Source: a virus
Lineage: Duplodnaviria; Caudoviricetes
IMG/VR virus record: IMGVR_UViG_3300017989_000015
Location: 1-60,167 of that record
Direction: 5' to 3' (one strand)
Length of the DNA stretch: 60,167 nucleotides
This document shows positions 1 through 9,161 of this stretch, piece after piece. The position numbers and the translations under genes were made by a program. Every line of letters starts with the position of its first letter. Position 1 is the first letter of the stretch. The notes beneath the pieces are model-generated. The model saw nothing but the letters and a program-made list of their open reading frames with translations. It was not told the DNA's origin and did no database searches.

Positions 1-123
1 CGTCATCTGACGATCTCCGACAGCCGCCGTCGTCGCCAATGACACCTGTATCGACAATAATTGCCAAACCTTGGAAGCCGTTACAGCGATCGTTTTGTCG
101 CTGTCGTCTGCCGTTACATCTGC
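1..123. repeat. Direct terminal repeat, identical to 60045-60167 (circular assembly overlap)
   Basis: The first 123 nt (cgtcatctga...acatctgc) match the last 123 nt exactly, and an ORF reads through the junction. Confidence 0.95.
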
Positions 124-291
124 CGTGACGACGGTATCCCAAGGATCAGTAACTGCCACCGGCAAATCGCCCTGGTCGCTGGCAATGGTAACAGCAAATG
201 AGTTGGCCATTGTCTTCTGGCCCAACGATGCAGGCAAAATCCCTGCGAGGAATGCGGCGACATTAGAAACGACCTGAGTGATTCTAGGCAT
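1..291 (-). CDS. 5' part of an origin-spanning putative virion protein (~183 aa; continues 60044->59784)
   Basis: ATG at 291 overlaps the upstream stop. It reads MPRITQVV...LGQKTMANSFAVTIASDQ...SKVWQLLSIQVSL in frame into the 59784..60101 ORF. Confidence 0.75.
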   Translation of the reverse strand, partial: MPRITQVVSNVAAFLAGILPASLGQKTMANSFAVTIASDQGDLPVAVTDPWDTVVTADVTADDSDKTIAVTASKVWQLLSIQVSLATTAAVGDRQMT

Positions 292-773
292 TATGCTTGC
301 CCCCATCCGTTGCCGTCAGCAGGTGTCAATGAGCAGACGATCTCTAACGTCCCAGGAGCCCCTACGTTGCCGCTCTCTCGGGCGCCGATGCGTATCCTCT
401 CAATGCCTGATAATTGCAGCTCGTAGGCAACCGATTCTGCGGCTGCTCCCGTTGCTGTGTATGTAATATGACCTGATCGTTGTAGATCGCTCGCCACGTC
501 AGCTCCGGCGGCAAATGCGCCCAATTGCTCGATGGAGACGTCATGCCAAATGCCTACGCCCAGCGTCCCCGCATCCGTGCTGTACTCGCTTACTTCGATC
601 CGAATGTCAAAGGCGCCCGCTGCGCCACCCCTGACGTAGCGACATAGGACCGTAACATGGCTACAGCCTGGCGTAATGACCTCTTCCGGATCTGTGTCCC
701 ATGCTCCAGCCGCTGCCAGTACCGCACTTGCTCGCTGTACACTGACGGGTACAACTCCTGGTATGAACCCCAT
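291..773 (-). CDS. Hypothetical beta-rich virion protein, first gene after the late promoter
   Basis: ORF 291..878; likely start MGFIPG at 773 with a GGGGGAG Shine-Dalgarno. Confidence 0.6.
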   Translation of the reverse strand: MGFIPGVVPVSVQRASAVLAAAGAWDTDPEEVITPGCSHVTVLCRYVRGGAAGAFDIRIEVSEYSTDAGTLGVGIWHDVSIEQLGAFAAGADVASDLQRSGHITYTATGAAAESVAYELQLSGIERIRIGARESGNVGAPGTLEIVCSLTPADGNGWGQA

Positions 774-793
774 TCGCTCCCCCTTTGAATAAC

Positions 794-830
794 AAAAAAC
801 GGACCGACACATTTCTGTGTCAGCCCGTTT
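794..830 (-). terminator. Intrinsic terminator in the late leader
   Basis: Minus strand AAACGGGCTGACACA-GAAA-TGTGTCGGTCCGTTT followed by TTTGTT. Confidence 0.7.
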
Positions 831-911
831 AGATGGGCGGGTCTTCGATTGTAGTGAGAAACGAAGCAGAAGCCTCAACTAGAATATTGAAACCGGTCCC
901 GCCTCGCCTCT

Positions 912-940
912 ATAGTATCACGGATCGCCCTCATTGTCAA
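912..940 (-). promoter_or_regulatory. Sigma70-type promoter (candidate late promoter)
   Basis: TTGACA-17 nt-TACTAT with an extended -10 TG. Confidence 0.65.
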
Positions 941-1154
941 GGGTATCGTCAAGCAAATGTCCAAGTAGCTCGTACCCGCCCCCTTTGGGCTCGAACCGCT
1001 TGACCTCGGGAGTCTGCCACATGCGCAGGTTGCCGTCCATCAGAACGAGTGTCACCTTCATAATGACGAACCCATTGCCTCTCTGCGTCTCTGCTACTCT
1101 CTGGAGACGATGTAGCAGATTTTGCCAGTCCCCTTCCTCATTATGTGGTCTCAT
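918..1154 (-). CDS. Hypothetical protein
   Basis: 78-aa ORF overlapping the upstream gene. Confidence 0.55.
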   Translation of the reverse strand: MRPHNEEGDWQNLLHRLQRVAETQRGNGFVIMKVTLVLMDGNLRMWQTPEVKRFEPKGGGYELLGHLLDDTLDNEGDP

Positions 1155-1545
1155 CGTCCTCCAATTCTATCCTCATATAGACGAATAGCTTCTGGGCCGT
1201 CTTGGGACAATACGCCTCAGCTTGAGGCGGGAATCCTGGGAGCATCGTTCTCAGCGGCTGTGCGGCTAACTGCTCATGGCTTCCGCCACAGTGCGGACAT
1301 TCTACCACATCGACGAGCTGCTCAGGTAGATCCCTCGGTAGTCGGGCACTCTTGTAAACGATGCGCGGTAGGTCTGCGCTGATCTGCATCTCTTCAGTAG
1401 CCTGCTCGATCACGTAGGTTCTGTCTGAGAGTTCCTTGATCCCATCGATGTCGAACTGGCTATAGCCGTCAGAGTTTGGCGGTGTCGCCCAGCCTCGCAC
1501 TACGTAACACTGCTTAATGGTCGGGAACATGACTGCTACGATCAT
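1141..1545 (-). CDS. Hypothetical protein with CPHC/YCP zinc-ribbon motif
   Basis: 134 aa, GGAGG Shine-Dalgarno. Confidence 0.6.
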   Translation of the reverse strand: MIVAVMFPTIKQCYVVRGWATPPNSDGYSQFDIDGIKELSDRTYVIEQATEEMQISADLPRIVYKSARLPRDLPEQLVDVVECPHCGGSHEQLAAQPLRTMLPGFPPQAEAYCPKTAQKLFVYMRIELEDDETT

Positions 1546-1554
1546 TCGTCCTCC

Positions 1555-2466
1555 TTATGGTAGTCTAGGCAAAGGGCCTTTAGAACAAGGTTCCTTAGTG
1601 AGCTGAAGCGTACAGGCGCAAGCCCAGCCGTGGCATTCAAGATAGTCACATCCAGGCACCTGCGGCAGGATGCCTTTCTCGTGCCAGTAGCTCATGCGCT
1701 TGACCTTGCCGTGTAGCTTCAAACACGAGGCACAATGCTCAGCCTCGCCTAAAGTCCACACGGCCTTTTGGTCACGGCACCCGTAGGTCATGCCCAAATC
1801 GAACGCCTCGATCCACCGGGCCTCCCACATTCGTAAGCGTCCAGCGACCGCTCCCCACGTGCCGCCTTTGTCCCTGGTCCGTTCCAGAATCCACTCGCCG
1901 AATCCGACGATGTAGACATACTGAGAGGCAATAAAGTTCCGCATCTCGTTCCGCTCGACGTCGGTCATGTCCTCTTTGGTAATGCCGCACTTTGTCAGGC
2001 CCATCAGAAAAGCTCGGCGCAATCCGGTCTCCAATACGTCGTGCATCCCGTCGAAAAATTCCTTGATCGTAAACACGTCCTGCCAGAGACCTCTTGCTAC
2101 CTGGCGTAGGTCGCGCCCGAATCTCTCCCGAGCGCCCTGCTCAGACTCCTCCAGCGAATCAACGGATAGCAGGAGACATCCTTCTCCTCGCCCAGCATCA
2201 TACGCTTCTCTGAACAGCTTGCGCAGGTACTGCGCCCGCTCCTTGATCTTACCCTCCACCTCTGCCATTAGAAGCACTCGGCGCTCGATCTCCTTCTGGT
2301 TCAGCGTCCAGCGTTCTAGCTCCCAGCCAGTCATCTCGTCAAAGACGACCTGCCTGGTTCTCTGTCCGTTCACATAAGCGTCCCAGCAGAGATAGATTAC
2401 CTGACCAGCGGATAGCTCCCCGCCTTCCTCAAACTCCTTGATGACGACCTTAAATGCCTCATTCAT
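1555..2466 (-). CDS. Minor head / head morphogenesis protein (Mu gpF-like)
   Basis: Directly after the portal gene; C-terminal HCxxC...CHGWxCxC motif. Confidence 0.65.
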   Translation of the reverse strand: MNEAFKVVIKEFEEGGELSAGQVIYLCWDAYVNGQRTRQVVFDEMTGWELERWTLNQKEIERRVLLMAEVEGKIKERAQYLRKLFREAYDAGRGEGCLLLSVDSLEESEQGARERFGRDLRQVARGLWQDVFTIKEFFDGMHDVLETGLRRAFLMGLTKCGITKEDMTDVERNEMRNFIASQYVYIVGFGEWILERTRDKGGTWGAVAGRLRMWEARWIEAFDLGMTYGCRDQKAVWTLGEAEHCASCLKLHGKVKRMSYWHEKGILPQVPGCDYLECHGWACACTLQLTKEPCSKGPLPRLP

Positions 2467-4070
2467 CGAGCGCCCCCCACGTAGGTCAGCTCTACCAGCG
2501 CCCGTAGTGCCCGCAATTCATCCTCTAGCCCTTCTTCCGTCTCTTCCTCTTCCGGCGCCTCTTCTGATTCCTCTTCCTCGCCCTCTGGATACATCTGCTC
2601 AATTGTCGCTGTGATGATATCCGAGGTCAGGCCAAGCTGAGGCTGCTGCAGTGCGATTGTCGTCAGCACCTTCTGATCGATCATCCCCGTATCCCAGAAT
2701 GTGCCCAACGCCGCCACCATCACGTCAAAGTCCACATCGACCACCGAGCCAAGGCTGACGATGATCTCTCTGTTGTAGTCCTCTGGAATTTGACCCTGCT
2801 CGACTGCCGCATCCATCACGATTGTAAAGATGTCCTCGAACACAGACCGCCATAGGTTCTGATATTCACCCCACGCTCGAAGAGTAGGTCTCATGGCGAC
2901 CTCAGCGATGGCGCGATTCTGGGCCATGTCCGTCCTGCCTAACATGAAGGCAGGCGACTGTGTTCCCGTCGCCGCTTGTCCAATCAGCATCATACTGTCT
3001 TGTGCAGCATCACTCGCCCCAGTGGACATCGGCAGCCGCCTGGTATTGACGGCCTCATTCTGGACGCGGTAACTTCCTGCGCCTGGAGGCGGGTTATCCT
3101 CATAATTCTGGCCGACCGTATTCAAGCCGCTCTGTAGCTGGCTCTTCAGCATATCGACCATGCGCGGCCCACCCTTGACCTCATACTCCTCAATGACTGA
3201 GGCCACATTGCGAGCCACTGCTGCACGGTCAGTGGCAAACTGCTTGTATGCTTTGGCCCAGGGCTCAGAAGCGGTACAGAGCGGCCAGCCTCGGCCATCC
3301 ATCCCATAGAGGGAAACGTGAATGACCACCGGCACCAGCTCGGCATTCTGATCCGCTCTATCAGCACTAGGCGGCAACTTGACCTTGGCGAGGTTATCTG
3401 GGCCTGCTAGCCAGTCAGGATAGTAGCGGGTCTGCTGCTTCGGCCCGTTGCCTCGGTCTTCCATCCACTCGCGCTTGTAGTAGAGCGGCTGATCCTTGTC
3501 GCCTTCCATCGAGATAATCTCAGTAATCTCTTCTGTCTTGATCGTCCTAATCGAGCATTCGCCGTTGACCTTCTTCTTCCAGATGACCAGGAATAGCTCG
3601 CCATCTGTCAGGAGGCTGTTCGAGAGCTTGCGAATATGCCGGTCGCCCAGAATGCGCCGGTTCGCCTTGCTCGTCCAGAAGGCGTCCCATATCTCCTGCT
3701 CTTGCTCTTCCGCCTTCAGTGAGACCTCTTGCCCGAATCCATAGGCCGTCCACAGTTTGGTCATGGCCGAGATGAGCGGATCATACACTGCCCACCACCG
3801 TGCCCATTGAACGATCCTCAATCGATCCTTCTCATTCGGCCCAGCGGTACTCCCGAACGGGCTGACGATGACCTCATTCTGTTGGAGCCTCTGTAGCCAT
3901 GAGATCATACGCGGATCAAGCTCGCTCAACAGATGTTGTGACGTCATATGCCAGGGTGCTTTCCGATAGGCCGCTTCGTAGCCTGCTGCCTTGGCCCTTA
4001 GCGTCGTTACCTCCGATGCCGTCTGGACAACGGGACGCTTCTCTGCCCACCACTCACTCAGACGACTCAT
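2463..4070 (-). CDS. Portal protein
   Basis: 535 aa between terL and the minor head gene; LLTDGELFLV motif; acidic C-terminal tail. Confidence 0.8.
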   Translation of the reverse strand: MSRLSEWWAEKRPVVQTASEVTTLRAKAAGYEAAYRKAPWHMTSQHLLSELDPRMISWLQRLQQNEVIVSPFGSTAGPNEKDRLRIVQWARWWAVYDPLISAMTKLWTAYGFGQEVSLKAEEQEQEIWDAFWTSKANRRILGDRHIRKLSNSLLTDGELFLVIWKKKVNGECSIRTIKTEEITEIISMEGDKDQPLYYKREWMEDRGNGPKQQTRYYPDWLAGPDNLAKVKLPPSADRADQNAELVPVVIHVSLYGMDGRGWPLCTASEPWAKAYKQFATDRAAVARNVASVIEEYEVKGGPRMVDMLKSQLQSGLNTVGQNYEDNPPPGAGSYRVQNEAVNTRRLPMSTGASDAAQDSMMLIGQAATGTQSPAFMLGRTDMAQNRAIAEVAMRPTLRAWGEYQNLWRSVFEDIFTIVMDAAVEQGQIPEDYNREIIVSLGSVVDVDFDVMVAALGTFWDTGMIDQKVLTTIALQQPQLGLTSDIITATIEQMYPEGEEEESEEAPEEEETEEGLEDELRALRALVELTYVGGAR

Positions 4071-4462
4071 GCCTTCCCCCCAATGATATAGATAGTGTCT
4101 GTCTCATCCCGGCACTTGGCTAAGGCTTCTTCCAGGCTACCAAGCGGTGTGTCTGCCGAGTAGCCGTTCCCGTTACCCTTTCCAGGAGAGACGTAGAAAC
4201 AGGAGTCGGGATCATCCGCCCCGATCTCGGCCAGGTAACGAGTTATCTTCTCGCCCGTCTCCTCCAACTGAGCGAAGTACGAATCTCTGTCCATACCCAG
4301 ATCGTCTACTATCAAAGGTATGTCCATACCCAGATCGTCTAGTATCAAAGGTGAGCCATGAGCAACGAGAGGCTCTTCTACGTCGCGCACAAAGGCCCTC
4401 TTCGGCATGGCCGCGGCTGCTACCGCTAGCACTACCGACCTCAGAAATCCGCGTCTATTCAT
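4067..4462 (-). CDS. Twin-arginine-signal protein with a truncated beta-helix N-cap motif
   Basis: MNRRGFL N-terminus; FYVSPGKGNGNGYSADTPLGSLEEAL motif; internal 33-nt duplication. Confidence 0.55.
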   Translation of the reverse strand: MNRRGFLRSVVLAVAAAAMPKRAFVRDVEEPLVAHGSPLILDDLGMDIPLIVDDLGMDRDSYFAQLEETGEKITRYLAEIGADDPDSCFYVSPGKGNGNGYSADTPLGSLEEALAKCRDETDTIYIIGGKA

Positions 4463-4682
4463 CTTCCACCTCTATTCCCATGCCGGACACCCAACACCCG
4501 ACCTTGAGTAGCCATATGCCTAGCCGGACGCGCCAGTCGCGCTTGACGTGAACCACCACCTGCATCGTGATCTCCTTCGCCAAGTCGCGCTCGCAGATAC
4601 ACGCTGCCCGTCGCTGTAGCTTTGGCCCGTTCGGATGCTGCTTTTCGTACTCAGCTCCCCACTGCTCCAGCGGACTAGCCAT
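4455..4682 (-). CDS. Hypothetical protein
   Basis: ORF 4455..4775; likely start MASPLEQ. Confidence 0.45.
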   Translation of the reverse strand: MASPLEQWGAEYEKQHPNGPKLQRRAACICERDLAKEITMQVVVHVKRDWRVRLGIWLLKVGCWVSGMGIEVEDE

Positions 4683-5019
4683 TACTCCCCCCCTCAGCGC
4701 AGTCAGGGCACATCGCGCCATAAGTATCCTCGCTGAGTATCCAGCGCCAGCCGCAAGCCTCAGCACAATCCGCATGATTAGACCGCTGATCCAGCAGGTT
4801 CTCCCCGCAGACGATCAGCGTCGCCGCACACCCCTCCGTATGGTTGACGCAACGGATGGTCGATTCATAGTAGCTCGTTCTTATCGTCTCACAAGCCTGC
4901 TTGACCATGATCTCCCCCCTGAATCCTCGCCTCTTGATCTCAGCGATGTAGGCGTCTAGTTGGCTCGTGCCGTCCATATCACATTCCCCCAATCTCCGCA
5001 GGCGCAGTAGGCACACCAC
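4675..5019 (-). CDS. Hypothetical Cys-rich (zinc-finger-like) protein
   Basis: CxxxxxxC and CPDC motifs. Confidence 0.45.
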   Translation of the reverse strand: MVCLLRLRRLGECDMDGTSQLDAYIAEIKRRGFRGEIMVKQACETIRTSYYESTIRCVNHTEGCAATLIVCGENLLDQRSNHADCAEACGWRWILSEDTYGAMCPDCAEGGSNG

Positions 5020-6026
5020 TGAATCTCTTCGTTCCCCGGCTCGATGAACATCTGCCCGACGTACTGAATGCCGCCGATCTCTTGCTGATATTCAGGCGAG
5101 ACCGGTGAATATCCTCTGGCCGTCCCTGCCTTGAGCAATGCCGCATTATAATTGAGAGGGATGATGTGCTGCTGCCCAATCTCAGCCATGACCTTACCGA
5201 TGTCCGCTGGCGAGCTTGCCAGCCAATCGACTATTCGCTTGGTCACAGATTCGTTATGGGCAAAGCTCGGCCAGGTCTCGTCCTGCCAGGTGAAAGGCGT
5301 TGCGGCTATAATGGCCTCGTCCTTATCCCACTTCTCTGATGTCTCCTGTAACTGGCGCACATACTCTGCCTCGTCGCCCTTGAGCTGGTAGCGCCAACCG
5401 CTTGTCTCTGGGTTGCCGTTCTCGTCGATGCCGGTCTCGCTGATGATGATGCGAGGCTCTGCGTATCCAGACTGAGCGAGAATCTCCAATACCCTGCGGT
5501 ATCTGCCCAGCCAGTAGGTATCCCAGTTCATCGTCTTATAGCCGTACTCGTGCAGGCCCAGGTAGTCGCCGATCCCTTGTCCTAGAATAGGCCAGAGGTT
5601 CAGTTCGGGATTGCCCACGCTGAAGCAATAGGAGAGCGTCTGGTGTCCTATCTGGTTCAGGTAGTACGTCCGCCACCTCTCGAATTGCGCAAGAGCATTG
5701 GCCTCTTCTTCTGTGACAATGTATGGCTCATTCGGCCCTTCGATGATCTGGCACCATCGGCACTTTGCTAGCTTCGGTTCGGCCATCGCCATCCACTCAT
5801 CCGCTCCCTGCTTGCCCTTGTAGATCAACTGCTTGTCAGGCTCGCCTTGCCCGAACCAGAGCCGCCCGATGTAGGTCATCCCTCCCAGCGGTGGCCCATC
5901 GTAGAGGTCGGGATGCATGATCTTTAGAAGGTTGACTCGTGACCGAACGATCTCCGTCTTGAGCCAGGGCTCGATGCCCGGCTTTTGGATATGGAACGTG
6001 AGCTTCGCCATCTTAATAGTCTCCAA
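4956..6026 (-). CDS. Putative clan GH-A glycoside hydrolase, candidate endolysin
   Basis: GPNEP (acid/base), LGLHEY and IIISETG (nucleophile) motifs of GH-A TIM barrels, plus a small C-terminal domain. Confidence 0.6.
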   Translation of the reverse strand: METIKMAKLTFHIQKPGIEPWLKTEIVRSRVNLLKIMHPDLYDGPPLGGMTYIGRLWFGQGEPDKQLIYKGKQGADEWMAMAEPKLAKCRWCQIIEGPNEPYIVTEEEANALAQFERWRTYYLNQIGHQTLSYCFSVGNPELNLWPILGQGIGDYLGLHEYGYKTMNWDTYWLGRYRRVLEILAQSGYAEPRIIISETGIDENGNPETSGWRYQLKGDEAEYVRQLQETSEKWDKDEAIIAATPFTWQDETWPSFAHNESVTKRIVDWLASSPADIGKVMAEIGQQHIIPLNYNAALLKAGTARGYSPVSPEYQQEIGGIQYVGQMFIEPGNEEIQWCAYCACGDWGNVIWTARAN

Positions 6027-7626
6027 TCCGATATTGGCTTTGACGCATATTCGACCTCGGCGCCGCGGCTTGTTCTGCGTTCAGTAGAATAGGCCCAAAC
6101 ACACCATGAAGGATGCTATCGCTCAGGTCAGTCGAGCGGCCTATGTCCGACCTTACGTCCTCCTTGGCAATTACGCTCTTCTGATTGCGAAGGTTGACGC
6201 CGGCACTCCTCATTGCTAGTAGCTCCATCTGTAACTCTTCGTTCTGTGGAATCCAGAGTCCGATGTCCCCTTTGCCGCTCAAAAAGTCGGCCAGCCCAAA
6301 CCAGGCGGCAGAGCGCCAATTCGTGAACCCAAATATGCCCGCTTCGTCCATAAGCTCTGTGCGATTCCCTGCCATAAAAGCAATCGCCGGACAGCCCTGC
6401 GTCCTCAACCAGTGCAGGATACCTGCGCCAATACCGATGCCGTCAACGCTCACCGTCGCCTGTGGATTCTTCCGCCACTGAGCCAGCACATAGGCGGCAA
6501 GCTCCATCGTGGCGATGTTCGGGTCTTCCGCGTGTTTGATCACTTCTAGGTCTCCAACGATATGCCCATCATAGATAAAGGCAATCGTCGAGCTATCATT
6601 CCCAGCCAGCCCGCCGCCCACGTCTATGCCTATGTGCGTCATCACACTAGCCGAGCCATGGTCCCGCGTCCGGCCTCGTGCCTCCCATTCTGCATGTAAC
6701 TCATTGCTCCTGGTAATCCAGCGCAGGGTCATCAGGCCATGAACGCTACCTTCTGAGAACTGGCCCTCGACGCGATTTTGAAACTCGGCACTCTCTTCGC
6801 CCCATTGCTCGCGCCTTTGATCGATCCATTCCTGAGCCACTCGCCCCGCCGCGACCGCCTCTTCCTTGGTAACGTGGCGTACCCACCAGTCGGTGTAACC
6901 TCTTTGCTGACTGTGGATCTGGTAGAATCTGCCCACTGGATCGCCTGGCGTACTGATTGCCAACACGAACGCTCGCCTATCCATCCCTACGCCAGCCTGA
7001 GAGAAGACTCCTTCCATCGCATCCCACATCGGATCCGGGATGGCCTTGGCCTCATCAAAGATGACCAGCACTTCCTTCGCGTGACCGCCCTCCATGCGGT
7101 GATGGTCCGAACTAGTCAACGCCGCTGCGTACCCATGCTTCAGGTTCAGCCGCTGATTCAGCAGTTCCTTGCCGATCCGGTAGGGCTGTGGGCGCGCAAT
7201 AATATCCCAGTTGAGATTCCTTGCTACCAGATGGATCTCCGGCCATAGAAAGAGGACGAGCTGCGCCCAGGCGGTGGCCGTCGTAAGCGCCTTCCAGTCG
7301 AGCCCGAGTGCGTCTCGTGTCAAGGCGAACCAATGAATAACCCCTGCTGCGATTCTCGTCTTGCCGAGTCCATGAATCCCTCTTGCTGATACGCGGCTCT
7401 CAGTAATCAGACTGCTGACGATCTCTAGCTGATAATCCGTCGCCCCTTGCTGGCTGTTCTCTTCAGGCCAGATAATACAATCGCGAAAGAAGCCCGCTGG
7501 GTCGTCGTAGTATTTCTCCCCAAACTCCTGGAAAGGCGTCTTGGGTTCCTGGAATGTGCCAGCCTCTTTGCGCCGGTCAATCTCGCGATCTATGAGCACT
7601 AGCTCCATCTCAGCTAGGGCATTCAT
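6013..7626 (-). CDS. terL: Terminase large subunit
   Basis: Walker A RGIHGLGKT, Walker B VLVIFDEA, ISTPG coupling motif, nuclease motifs IGIDVG and RSTDLSD. Confidence 0.92.
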   Translation of the reverse strand: MNALAEMELVLIDREIDRRKEAGTFQEPKTPFQEFGEKYYDDPAGFFRDCIIWPEENSQQGATDYQLEIVSSLITESRVSARGIHGLGKTRIAAGVIHWFALTRDALGLDWKALTTATAWAQLVLFLWPEIHLVARNLNWDIIARPQPYRIGKELLNQRLNLKHGYAAALTSSDHHRMEGGHAKEVLVIFDEAKAIPDPMWDAMEGVFSQAGVGMDRRAFVLAISTPGDPVGRFYQIHSQQRGYTDWWVRHVTKEEAVAAGRVAQEWIDQRREQWGEESAEFQNRVEGQFSEGSVHGLMTLRWITRSNELHAEWEARGRTRDHGSASVMTHIGIDVGGGLAGNDSSTIAFIYDGHIVGDLEVIKHAEDPNIATMELAAYVLAQWRKNPQATVSVDGIGIGAGILHWLRTQGCPAIAFMAGNRTELMDEAGIFGFTNWRSAAWFGLADFLSGKGDIGLWIPQNEELQMELLAMRSAGVNLRNQKSVIAKEDVRSDIGRSTDLSDSILHGVFGPILLNAEQAAAPRSNMRQSQYRIGDY

Positions 7627-8153
7627 TCAGGCCAGTTCTCGTCAGCCATAATCTCTGATGCTAATTTCCCTATCCTGATCCCTTCTCGCAGGGCAATGAT
7701 CTGAGCATCTGATAGACTCGCATAGTCTACGTTGACGTTGAAGCTCTCCATCTTGGTTGGCTCGCCTACAATGTCGCGAATCTCCCCGTTCGCTTCTAGC
7801 ACCATATCCAGGTCGCCTTTCGCCCAGGCTGCCCGCTGAACCTCGAAGGCGGTGGCGAGCATGTGGCCGTAGTACTCTTTAATCTTCTCAGCCGACTGAT
7901 CCCGCCATTCTCCCTTTAGTTCTTCGATGTCACGCTCGATGGTCTTCCTATCATAAGGATTGCCTGTCCTTGGGTTCACGGTATAGGATGGATTTGGTTC
8001 TTGGTATCCGTCGCGGCCCGCTCGTGTCTCCTGAGATAGTGCCGTCACAATCTCATGCGTCTTGAGACCACGAATCAGCAGCGACGCTATGCGCTGCCTG
8101 CGTACCTCGTGCATATTAGGTGACCATCGTCTATCTATCGCTCGTACGGACAT
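7623..8153 (-). CDS. terS: Terminase small subunit (HTH)
   Basis: Immediately upstream of terL with an ATGA overlap; HTH-like RKTIERDI. Confidence 0.65.
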   Translation of the reverse strand: MSVRAIDRRWSPNMHEVRRQRIASLLIRGLKTHEIVTALSQETRAGRDGYQEPNPSYTVNPRTGNPYDRKTIERDIEELKGEWRDQSAEKIKEYYGHMLATAFEVQRAAWAKGDLDMVLEANGEIRDIVGEPTKMESFNVNVDYASLSDAQIIALREGIRIGKLASEIMADENWPE

Positions 8154-8196
8154 ATATATGGGAGTCCTTTATAGGAGGCCCGTCCCTCCTATATAT

Positions 8197-8829
8197 TTAC
8201 AAAATGGGCTTATCCTTGACCAGATAGATCGTTGGTAGGCTAACGATGGTTACGACAGCCTTCCAGAGGATTTGTCCTGCCACGATACTCATGGCCGCCA
8301 AGAAAGGTATGGGTTCTCCTCCTAGGATCGGAGGGAGCAGAACAAATGCCAGAACCCCGAATAGAAACGAATCAAGCGGTAGACTGATCGCGTTTGATAA
8401 CAGTACGGCGACCCATTGCGGCCCTCGATCCTTGAACACATGGTAGACCTCAGTGTCTACCAATTGGCTAATCACCTCAGAGATGATGCTTCCTGCCGTG
8501 ACTGCCGGGACGATCGCGAAGACCTGTCCCCATTGCTCCCCGAGGGCAAAGAAAGGAGGGAAAGGCATATTCGCTACCCATGCCAGATAGCCTGCTTGGA
8601 CCACATTGAAAATACCGCACATGATGATCACTGCGCGCGCCCATTCTTTCCCCAGTCTCTTGTGAAGCAAGTCTCGTAGCGTGAAAGTCAGGGCAAAGAC
8701 GAAGGTGCCCGCAGGGAAGGTGATCCCTCGGTAGAACACGAGCTTCGTCGCTCCGATGTCTGCAATAGCCTGACAGATCACATAGCCCCCCACTAGGACT
8801 ATGATGGTCCAGATAGTCGCTTTCTTCAT
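8197..8829 (-). CDS. yhhQ: Queuosine-precursor (preQ0/preQ1) transporter, YhhQ/VUT family
   Basis: About 6 TM helices; PAGTFVFALTFTLRD, SQLVDTEVY and SNAISLPLDS family motifs. Confidence 0.88.
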   Translation of the reverse strand: MKKATIWTIIVLVGGYVICQAIADIGATKLVFYRGITFPAGTFVFALTFTLRDLLHKRLGKEWARAVIIMCGIFNVVQAGYLAWVANMPFPPFFALGEQWGQVFAIVPAVTAGSIISEVISQLVDTEVYHVFKDRGPQWVAVLLSNAISLPLDSFLFGVLAFVLLPPILGGEPIPFLAAMSIVAGQILWKAVVTIVSLPTIYLVKDKPIL

Positions 8830-9161
8830 GTCATACCTCTTTCGATAGTTGCGCTCACCGGCGCATGTACGGTTGTCCGTGCCCGTGCAGTCACGCGCAA
8901 CGGAATGTCACCAAGCGCCTTCGACAACACATCGAAAACGCGACGGGCCATATCTTCTACGGTCATGGCTTCGGTAGCTAGCCCGTTGAGCCAATCCTCG
9001 AAAGACTCGAACTCTAACAGCGTGTCCCCTGGTCGGTAGGTAATATCTAGGACTCCCCAGAAGGGCCGTTTTCCTATAGAGCAGAGTGTCGAGAACGGCG
9101 GCGTATACTCGATCAAATCTACGCAACTATCGTTGGCGATCGTCTTTATATTGTCTGACAT
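8826..9161 (-). CDS. QueF/QueF-like T-fold protein (atypical)
   Basis: FSTLCSIGKRP...ITYRP...LLEFES...TVED pattern of unimodular QueF. It lacks the E(S/L)K(S/A)hK NADPH motif. Likely start MSDNIK at 9161. Confidence 0.7.
   Translation of the reverse strand: MSDNIKTIANDSCVDLIEYTPPFSTLCSIGKRPFWGVLDITYRPGDTLLEFESFEDWLNGLATEAMTVEDMARRVFDVLSKALGDIPLRVTARARTTVHAPVSATIERGMT

Noticed and set aside
1-123. Biological terminal repeat of the virion DNA
   Set aside because: It falls mid-gene and far from the terminase region, so an assembler circularisation overlap is more likely.
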